Below, piece by piece: positions 22,964-29,764 of a DNA stretch of 32,000 bases; positions within the stretch are counted from its first letter, which is position 1; each line of letters starts with the position of its first letter. Origin of the DNA: Methanococcus maripaludis (lineage in GTDB: Archaea > AGJL01 > Methanococci > Methanococcales > Methanococcaceae); contig NZ_CP026606.1 of NCBI RefSeq assembly GCF_002945325.1, forward strand, positions 600,001 to 632,000. Reading direction: 5' to 3'. A model generated the notes under the pieces. That model was given only the letters and a program-made list of their open reading frames with translations. It was not told the DNA's origin and made no database searches. A program made the position numbers and the translations under genes.

Positions 22964-24244
22964 ATGATATTGATAAAAAATGCGTCGTTTTATATAGATA
23001 ATAATTTAAATGTTCATGAAAATTGCGACATTTTAATTGAAAAAGTTGAAAATGAAACAAAACTAACTTCTGGAAAAAACCTCATTGAAAAATTAAATTT
23101 AAATCAAAATGACTTAAAAATTATTTCTGGAGAAAAAAAATGTGCAATGACTGGGCTTTATAACGCACACACCCACATTCCAATGACTCTTTTGAGGGGA
23201 ATTGCTGACGACATGATTCTTCAAAACTGGTTAAATCAAAAGATATGGCCAAATGAAGCGAAATTAACTAAAAATGATGTTTACTACGGTTCACTTTTAG
23301 GATGCCTTGAAATGCTTCGTTTTGGAGTTACATCATTTAATGAAATGTACTTTTTTTCTGAAGAAATATTGAAAGCTACAAAAGAAATTGGACTGAATGC
23401 GCAAGTATCTTATCCAATTATAGATTTTGGAACTCCTGAAGAACAAAGTATAGATAAACTGTTAACTTCTGCTGAATCTTTTGTTAAAAATAATGCTGGT
23501 GAAAAAAATATAAAAGTAGGGATTGCACCTCACGCACCATACACGTGTTCAGAAGAAACCTATCAAAAATGCAGTGAAATTTCAAACGATTACAATGTAA
23601 ATATGCACACACACGTCTCTGAAACTCGATATGAAGTAGTTGAACTTGAAAATAAAATTGGAATGCGCCCCGTAGAATATCTTGAAAAAATCGGAGTTTT
23701 GAATGAAAAATTGCATGCTGCACACTGCGTATGGATTACAAAAGACGAAGCTAAAAAACTTGCAAAAAATAATGTTAAAGTTCTGCACTGCCCAACGAGC
23801 AACATGAAACTTGCAAGTGGTGGAGTAATGCCACTTTTCGAACTTTTAGAATATGGTGCAGATATTTCAGTTGGAACTGATGGGCCTGCAAGCAATAATA
23901 ATCTTGATATCTTTAAAGAAATGAAAATGACTTCCCTTTTACATAAAGCACACCGGTGGGATCCAACCGTTGCCGGTATCGATACGGTTTTAAAAATGGG
24001 AATTAATAGTAAAAGTATTGGAATAAAAAATAACGATATTATTTTGATTGACCTTGATTCGGCACATTTAAGACCATTTAATAATATAAAATCAAATATT
24101 GTATATTCTGCGTTTGGAAACGATGTTGACACCGTAATAGTCGGTGGAAATATATTACTCGAAAACAAAAAATATAAATTCTCCGAAACATTCATAAGTA
24201 ATATCTACAAAAATATACAGAAAATAACGGAAAAATTCGAGTAA
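22964..24244 (+). CDS. Amidohydrolase, 5'-deoxyadenosine / S-adenosylhomocysteine deaminase family (MJ1541-like)
   Basis: TGLYNAHTHIPMTLLRGIADDMILQNWLNQKIWPNEAKLT, IAPHAPYTCSEETYQKCSEIS, LHAAHCVWITKDEAKKLAKNNVKVLHCPTSNMKLASG, VSVGTDGPASNNNLDIFKEMK. ATG 22964 follows GGAG; the ORF track uses the GTG at 22955. Confidence 0.9.
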   Translation: MILIKNASFYIDNNLNVHENCDILIEKVENETKLTSGKNLIEKLNLNQNDLKIISGEKKCAMTGLYNAHTHIPMTLLRGIADDMILQNWLNQKIWPNEAKLTKNDVYYGSLLGCLEMLRFGVTSFNEMYFFSEEILKATKEIGLNAQVSYPIIDFGTPEEQSIDKLLTSAESFVKNNAGEKNIKVGIAPHAPYTCSEETYQKCSEISNDYNVNMHTHVSETRYEVVELENKIGMRPVEYLEKIGVLNEKLHAAHCVWITKDEAKKLAKNNVKVLHCPTSNMKLASGGVMPLFELLEYGADISVGTDGPASNNNLDIFKEMKMTSLLHKAHRWDPTVAGIDTVLKMGINSKSIGIKNNDIILIDLDSAHLRPFNNIKSNIVYSAFGNDVDTVIVGGNILLENKKYKFSETFISNIYKNIQKITEKFE

Positions 24245-24272
24245 TTTATCACTTTAAACTTCTGGTGACTTG

Positions 24273-24917
24273 ATGATAAAAATTGACATGCACGTACACA
24301 CAAACACGTCCAGATGCTCCATGAACTTTTTGGAAATGTTAAAAAAGATGTGCAGTAGAAAACATATTTTGCCGATAATTACTGATCACAATGCCATGAC
24401 TAAAGTCGACTTCGGAATACCTGGAGAAGAGATTTCAACAGAAAAAGGAGAATTTTGTGGACTCTTTTTAACTGAAGAAATTCAGGAAAAAAACATATTC
24501 GAAGCTGTCGACCAGGTAAAAGAACAGGGCGGGCTTATTTATCTGCCCCACCCATTTGACTGGAGAAGAAGGAGGTCTCTTTGTAAATATGGGGAACTTG
24601 AAAATCCAGAGTTTATAAAAAATGTGGATATAGTCGAAGTATATAACAGCCGGTGTGTCGAGCAAAGACCAAATGATGAAGCATACTCTTTTGCAGAAAC
24701 TAACAACCTCTTGATGGGTGTTGGAAGTGATGCGCATTTCCCATGGGAAGTAGGCAATGCATATTTGAATGTTGAAGATTTTGATTTAGATAATCCAAAA
24801 GAATTTTTAAAAGTTCTAAAAAAAGCCGATAAAAATGGGTTTTACTGCAAAAGGTCACACCCAAGCAACATGCTTGTATGCAGTAAACTCTCAAAAAGAA
24901 TTAAAAAACTAATCTGA
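24273..24917 (+). CDS. PHP-domain metal-dependent phosphoesterase
   Basis: MIKIDMHVHTNTSRCSMNFLEMLKK, PIITDHNAMTKVDF, GGLIYLPHPFDW, VDIVEVYNSR, VGSDAHFPWEVG. ATG 24273 follows GGTGA. Confidence 0.85.
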   Translation: MIKIDMHVHTNTSRCSMNFLEMLKKMCSRKHILPIITDHNAMTKVDFGIPGEEISTEKGEFCGLFLTEEIQEKNIFEAVDQVKEQGGLIYLPHPFDWRRRRSLCKYGELENPEFIKNVDIVEVYNSRCVEQRPNDEAYSFAETNNLLMGVGSDAHFPWEVGNAYLNVEDFDLDNPKEFLKVLKKADKNGFYCKRSHPSNMLVCSKLSKRIKKLI

Positions 24918-24922
24918 TTTTT

Positions 24923-26107
24923 ATGGACAAAACTTATTTTTCAGAAGATATTTTAAATTTTGAAGAATTCATTATAGATGCGTCTAAAAAATTAAATATT
25001 GATGAGGATAGTCTGAAAAGCGGATTTAAAAGAAAATTAATCACTAAATATGAGTATAACGGGGAAAAATACCTTTGTTTTAAAAAAAAGTTGAAACATA
25101 TTGAAAGAGGGACAATCCTTTTTTTAAACGATAATTTAGATTTTATTATTGGGTATCCAAAAATAAGACGTGCAATGGTGCTTGAATCATCTGTTAAAAA
25201 ATATTTTAACGGAAAAATTGCAGTAGAAGAAAAATTAGATGGCTACAACATACGAATCGTGAAAATGCACGATGAAATCATTGCAATTACTCGCGGAGGA
25301 AAAATCTGTCCATTTACAACTAAAAAAGTAAAAAAATATATTAATACAAAATTTTTAGACGATTTTCCAGAATTAATGCTCTGTGGTGAAATGGTCGGAT
25401 TAAATAATCCTTACGTGAATCACTACTATCCTGAAGCAGACAAGACTTATGAAAACCTCGGTTTTTATATTTTTGATGTAAGAAATAAAGAAACTAACCT
25501 TGCTCTTTCGATATATGAAAAAGAAAAAATTTTGGATGAATATAATATTCCTTACGTAAAACCGATAAAAATCATCGATAGTAGAGACATTGATGAATTA
25601 TGGGATATTTTAGACGATTTAAACGAAAATCATAGAGAAGGCGTAGTTTTAAAAGACCCTGAAATGATAAAAAATCCGATAAAATACACCACCCACAGTA
25701 CGCAGTGTGGAGATCTTTCAATCGCATTTAGCTACGTTTACGACCTTGGAATTGATTTTATGTTCAGCCGACTTGTAAGGGAAGGTTATCAGTCTTTTGA
25801 AAAATGCGAAAGCGAAGAAGAAAGAAAAAAAAGAGCACATGATCTTGGAGAATCAATTTTACTCCCCATGGTTGAAACCATAAATGAAATTTCAAAAGAA
25901 TCAGTTGCAAAAGAATGTTTTGAGCTTTATTTTGATTCGGAAGCAGAATTTAACGAATTTATAAACTACCTTAAAACTATGCATATTAATTTTACCGTTG
26001 AAAGCAGGGAGTATATTAAAAAAGATATATTTAAGGCCAAAATAAATAGAATCTATAATTCAACGTCAGATAAGATTAAAAGTCACCTTGACGGCAATTT
26101 ATGGTAA
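24923..26107 (+). CDS. Rnl3-type (Pab1020/MTH1221-like) ATP-dependent RNA ligase
   Basis: Nucleotidyltransferase motifs VEEKLDGYNIRIVKM (motif I lysine), LMLCGEMVGLNNPYVNHYYP, GFYIFDVRNK, EGVVLKDPEM, KYTTHSTQCGDLSIAF. Confidence 0.85.
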   Translation: MDKTYFSEDILNFEEFIIDASKKLNIDEDSLKSGFKRKLITKYEYNGEKYLCFKKKLKHIERGTILFLNDNLDFIIGYPKIRRAMVLESSVKKYFNGKIAVEEKLDGYNIRIVKMHDEIIAITRGGKICPFTTKKVKKYINTKFLDDFPELMLCGEMVGLNNPYVNHYYPEADKTYENLGFYIFDVRNKETNLALSIYEKEKILDEYNIPYVKPIKIIDSRDIDELWDILDDLNENHREGVVLKDPEMIKNPIKYTTHSTQCGDLSIAFSYVYDLGIDFMFSRLVREGYQSFEKCESEEERKKRAHDLGESILLPMVETINEISKESVAKECFELYFDSEAEFNEFINYLKTMHINFTVESREYIKKDIFKAKINRIYNSTSDKIKSHLDGNLW

Positions 26108-26144
26108 TTTAAACATTTTGTATTGGTTTTGTTATTAGAAAACA

Positions 26145-26155
26145 TTAAATATATA
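26145..26155 (+). promoter_or_regulatory. Putative TATA element driving the candidate ncRNA at about 26175-26285
   Basis: TTAAATATATAG located about 25 bp before the start of the GC-richer structured stretch. Confidence 0.4.
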
Positions 26156-26174
26156 GATACCATATCTAAGTATG

Positions 26175-26284
26175 TCTTTAGGGACACTCCATGTGAATAA
26201 TTGTGGTCGTGTGGGGCATATTCTTAAATTGTGGTTGGGGAACCTGAAAGTTATATGCCCCTCGAAAACGACTGGCTTTTTTGT
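26175..26284 (+). ncRNA. Candidate small structured RNA, family unknown
   Basis: Nested stems: GTCGT (26206-26210)/ACGAC (26268-26272), GGGGCATAT (26213-26221)/ATATGCCCC (26253-26261), GGTT-GGGG-AACC (26233-26244), then CTTTTTTG. GC-richer than flanks, TATA-like box upstream, no ORF in the track. Confidence 0.5.
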
Positions 26285-26338
26285 ATTGATTTAAAAAATT
26301 TAAAAGAATCTTTTAAATAGTGTCAAAATAACTATTTT

Positions 26339-26356
26339 TAACGAAATTAACGAAAT
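26339..26356 (+). repeat. Tandem repeat (TAACGAAAT)x2
   Basis: 26339-26347 and 26348-26356 are identical. Confidence 0.7.
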
Positions 26357-26621
26357 TCAGTAAAAAAATAGATAAAAAAGCATTCTAAAGTTTTTTATAA
26401 ACTTAATTAATAAAAGTTTTGGGGTTGACATATCATTATTGATATGATTAAATATAACTTAAAGTAATAGATGTACTAGAAATGGCTCGATGATGATTGT
26501 CATCACAAGAAATATATATTAAATCTATATATGTTTCGAGGTAATTTATCATCGTTAACATCCCGATTTTTAAAAAATTAAGTTCCTTATTTTGACGATT
26601 AAAGAGCGGAAAACGCTTATT

Positions 26622-26643
26622 TTTTTAGACGATTTTTAGACGA
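26622..26643 (+). repeat. Iteron-like tandem repeat (TTTTTAGACGA)x2 in an AT-rich tract
   Basis: 26622-26632 and 26633-26643 are identical; degenerate neighbours TTATTTTGACGA upstream and AAAACGAC/AAAACGA downstream. Confidence 0.7.
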
Positions 26644-26700
26644 ATAAAACGACTATTTTTAAGATTTATGTAAAAAACGATTAATCTATGGTTATTCATT

Positions 26701-27160
26701 TTGGCGAGTTTCTAAGTTGTACGTGGATTTCCCACCCCAACACCTTGATTACTATTATAAGTCCTGACGGAGCAGGCGAACTTACCAAAGGGTATACGCC
26801 AAACCCCTCTTACAGGGGTTTGGCTACCGCCAAGATAGGGGCTAACGCCCATGAAAAGTGCCTTTGGGCAGATTGATTTTATCGGAGTTATGAATTGCTA
26901 ACGCAATTCATTCAATTAGGCTTACGTTAAGCTACTTCGGACACCTGGTCCGATTGCTTTCGCAGGTCGCGACCTGCTCAGACGTTTCTCGAACCGCCAA
27001 GATTGATTTTATTTTTTAGAGTGTAGGCAGTTCTCCGGAACGCCACGCAATCTATAAATTTAAACACGTCAAGCCCATGGCTTATATACCCTTTCGGGTA
27101 TAAATCGCCGGGGCGATAGTTAGAGCTTAGAGCTTATTGATTAATGACCCTTCGGGTCGG
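26701..27160 (+). other. Dense hairpin array (candidate large structured ncRNA or replication/packaging origin)
   Basis: Perfect stems include 26799-26823 (10 bp), 26839-26850, 26859-26870, 26891-26910 (8 bp), 26920-26932, 26937-26953, palindrome 26962-26977, 27071-27083, 27085-27102, 27104-27117, 27146-27158; possible closing pair TTGGCG (26701-26706)/CGCCAA (26828-26833). Confidence 0.65.
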
Positions 27161-27210
27161 GATTCCAAAAAGAAGAATAATTCACCGTTTTTAATAGTTA
27201 AATTTATATA

Positions 27211-27237
27211 GTATAACTACTATATAGTAGCTTATAC
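27211..27237 (+). promoter_or_regulatory. Operator-like palindrome upstream of the ArdC-like gene
   Basis: GTATAA-CTACTATATAGTAG-C-TTATAC: perfect 14-bp core palindrome with outer 6-bp arms, just after the TATA-like TAAATTTATATA. Confidence 0.65.
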
Positions 27238-27262
27238 AGAAGGTAACAAAACGGTGGTAGAA

Positions 27263-29320
27263 ATGGTTAAAAAATCAGTTAAAGATATTATAACGGAAAA
27301 AATTATAAATAGATTAGAATCCGGCGATATTCCTTGGATTAAACCGTGGGGCTTTACTCCATCAGTAAATTATGTAACAGGTAAAGAGTACACCGGAATA
27401 AATAGAGTTTCTTTGGAGAAAGGGGGTGAATATTTAACATTTAAACAGATTGATGAATTAGGCGGAAAAGTCAAAAAAGGAAGTAAAGCGGAAAAAGTAG
27501 TATTTTATAAAGAATATGAAAAAATCGAAAGAGATCCCGATGACCCCGATTTAATGAACATAAAAGACACTTTCGCTTTAAGATATTATAATGTGTTTCA
27601 TATATCCGATGTCGAAGGAATAAGAAGTAAACTTCCAGAAATGCCAGAAATAAAACATAATCCAATAAAAAATGCTGAAGAAATAATAAATAATTATGAA
27701 ATCCCAGTAAATGAAATAGAACTCCGAAAAAGGGCAACATATGACCCGATAACGGATAAAATAGAAGTTCCAACAAGAAACCAATTTAAAAAAATAGAAG
27801 GTTTTTATGGAACTGCATTTCATGAAATCGGACACAGTACAGGACATGAAACAAGATTAAACCGCCCCGAATTAATAAAACCGTGTGCATTTGGTAGTAA
27901 AAACTATTCAAAAGAAGAACTGACCGCAGAAATAACCGCATCATTTTTAAATAATCATTGTGGGATCTTTGAAAATAATATTGAAAACAACGCCGGATAT
28001 ATACAAAGTTGGATAAAAGCATTAAAAAATGATAATAATATGATCCTTTACGCATCAGCAAAAGCGGAAAAAGCTTTAAATTATGTTTTGGAAAGTGTAG
28101 AAAAGAATAAATCAAAAATAACCGAAACAATAACAGAAATTAAAACAGTTAAAAAAGTTCAGGCGGATTTATTAGATTTTATTAAAAATCAACCTGAAAC
28201 CCCTTCTTTTAAACCTGAAATAAAACCGGAACCAATAAAAGAAGAAGCAAAGAGAATTAATTTAAAAGCTGCGAAAAGTTTGGAAGCAAAAGCGGAAAGC
28301 CTGAATAAAAAAATTGAAAAAAAATTAAGTTGCTTTGCAAATTGCAACATGACGAGAAGACGTGCAAACTTTAGAGAAAGTGCGAGAATTGATGCAGAAA
28401 ATTTAAAAAAAGTACAAAGTGTTTTATTTAATTTAGCAAAACTCCACAGAAGCGGAGAAATTAAAAAAGAAGTTGAAAATATAAATGCAGTTTCACAAGT
28501 TGAAATATTATTATGCGAACACGTCAAATATAAAACTCCAAACGATATTGAGCCCGATTATGGGGAATGGGCAAAAGAAGAGATTTTAAAAAGATTTAAA
28601 ATGTTTAATAAATTAAATATTCATTCTCAGAACGATTTAAACGAAACAAGGGAAATTTTAAAAAGTTTAATTCTTGAAGAAAGCCAGGACGAAAAAACAA
28701 AAAGAGAACTTCAAAAACTGGAAGATAATTTGATCGGTTTAAAAATTCCTGGATTTTTCCCAACTCCCAAAGAAATTATAAAAGATATGATCGATAAGGC
28801 AGAAATAAAAGAGAATGATTCTATCCTTGAACCCTCCGCAGGAAAGGGAGATATTGCAGAAGTAATAAACGAAGAAACCGGAATAAAAGCCGATTGTATC
28901 GAAATAAATCCAACATTACAAACAATATTAAATAAAAAAGGTTTTGAAACAGTAGAAAGTAATTTTTTAGAATTTAATGGTAAATATGATAAAATTATAA
29001 TGAATCCACCTTTTGAAAAAGGTCAAGATATAGAACACGTAACCCACGCATACAATTTATTAAACAATGGCGGAAAGCTTGTTTCGATTATGTCAAATTC
29101 AGTAACATTTAGAAATGATAAAAAATATATGGAATTTAGAGAATTTTTAAAAGAAAATAACGGATATATTGAAGAACTTCCAGAAGGATCTTTTAAAAAA
29201 TCCTTCAACAGCACAGGAGTTAAAACTATAATGGTAGTTATTGAAAAAAACTACCCTTCATCAAATTTTTCTTTAGCCACAGCCCCGACACCACACCACT
29301 CAAGAAAAATGTATGTTTAA
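27263..29320 (+). CDS. ArdC-like antirestriction protein (ssDNA-binding plus zincin domains) fused to a C-terminal SAM-dependent DNA methyltransferase
   Basis: N-terminus VKDIITEKIINRLESGDIPWIKPWG...PSVNYVTGKEYTGINRVSL; zincin FYGTAFHEIGHSTGHETRLNR...EELTAEITASFLNNHCGI; helical linker; then GFFPTPKEIIKDMIDKAEIKENDSILEPSAGKGDIAEVI and KYDKIIMNPPFEKGQDIEHV (NPPF motif). ATG 27263 follows GGTGG; the ORF track starts at the GTG 27254. Confidence 0.88.
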   Translation: MVKKSVKDIITEKIINRLESGDIPWIKPWGFTPSVNYVTGKEYTGINRVSLEKGGEYLTFKQIDELGGKVKKGSKAEKVVFYKEYEKIERDPDDPDLMNIKDTFALRYYNVFHISDVEGIRSKLPEMPEIKHNPIKNAEEIINNYEIPVNEIELRKRATYDPITDKIEVPTRNQFKKIEGFYGTAFHEIGHSTGHETRLNRPELIKPCAFGSKNYSKEELTAEITASFLNNHCGIFENNIENNAGYIQSWIKALKNDNNMILYASAKAEKALNYVLESVEKNKSKITETITEIKTVKKVQADLLDFIKNQPETPSFKPEIKPEPIKEEAKRINLKAAKSLEAKAESLNKKIEKKLSCFANCNMTRRRANFRESARIDAENLKKVQSVLFNLAKLHRSGEIKKEVENINAVSQVEILLCEHVKYKTPNDIEPDYGEWAKEEILKRFKMFNKLNIHSQNDLNETREILKSLILEESQDEKTKRELQKLEDNLIGLKIPGFFPTPKEIIKDMIDKAEIKENDSILEPSAGKGDIAEVINEETGIKADCIEINPTLQTILNKKGFETVESNFLEFNGKYDKIIMNPPFEKGQDIEHVTHAYNLLNNGGKLVSIMSNSVTFRNDKKYMEFREFLKENNGYIEELPEGSFKKSFNSTGVKTIMVVIEKNYPSSNFSLATAPTPHHSRKMYV

Positions 29321-29334
29321 ATTAAAGTGATAAT

Positions 29335-29553
29335 ATGAAACCAAGCGAAAAAGAAGTTTTTGAATTATTTTTAGTAAATCAAATAGTTACTGCACCAATT
29401 GCAGAATTATTGACTGGACGAAACATTACAACTTGTAAACGGGCATTATTGGAACTTAAAGAAATGGATTTGATAACTTTAGCACAAAGAAAAGCAGGAT
29501 ATTATATTCCAACTGAAAAAGGGGAAGGTGAATTGAAAAAAATTGAATTATAA
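29335..29553 (+). CDS. Small winged-helix DNA-binding protein (putative element regulator)
   Basis: 72 aa MKPSEKEVFELFLVNQIVTAPIAELLTGRNITTCKRALLELKEMDLITLAQRKAGYYIPTEKGEGELKKIEL, wHTH-like with a wing; starts 14 bp after the ArdC-like stop. Confidence 0.6.
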   Translation: MKPSEKEVFELFLVNQIVTAPIAELLTGRNITTCKRALLELKEMDLITLAQRKAGYYIPTEKGEGELKKIEL

Positions 29554-29764
29554 AATAGTGCCTTTCTGCTGCATTCAAAATATATTTTTATATTTTTTTA
29601 ATTTGTTTTTTCATGCTGCAGACAGTTCATATATTTTTCTTATACGACTTCAAAAATTCCAGGAACAGCTCCTGAAGAAAAATTTTAATCTTTGAAAAAT
29701 CCGTTAAATTTAATTTAAAAGATAAATAGAAGTATTTCTTATAGTAAAAATTTAAAAAAAGTAA

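Noticed and set aside
23484-24195. Overlapping minus-strand ORFs, including a 201-aa frame, opposite the amidohydrolase gene
   Set aside because: The 201-aa frame is long but lies wholly antisense to a protein with intact HTH and HxPTSN-type motifs; no family motif recognised on the minus strand.
26205-26272. Considered tRNA or H/ACA guide RNA for the structured segment
   Set aside because: No cloverleaf or anticodon arm, no CCA end, and no ACA box after the closing stem; left as unclassified ncRNA candidate.
26490-26510. Considered box C/D sRNA around GATGATGATTGTCATC
   Set aside because: A C-box-like ATGATGA is present, but no D box (CUGA) with correct spacing or terminal stem was found.
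26688-26876. 62-aa ORF MVIHFGEFLSCTWISHPNTL... in the accessory region
   Set aside because: It lies entirely across the hairpin array, has no convincing ribosome site, and is better explained by structured non-coding DNA.
26300-27250. Considered CRISPR array
   Set aside because: The repeats here are short (9-12 bp), mostly in tandem or present twice, with no regular repeat-spacer periodicity and no cas genes nearby.
27471-28527. Minus-strand ORFs opposite the ArdC-like gene
   Set aside because: Phe/Leu/Tyr-rich shadow frames of Lys/Glu/Asn-rich coding sequence.
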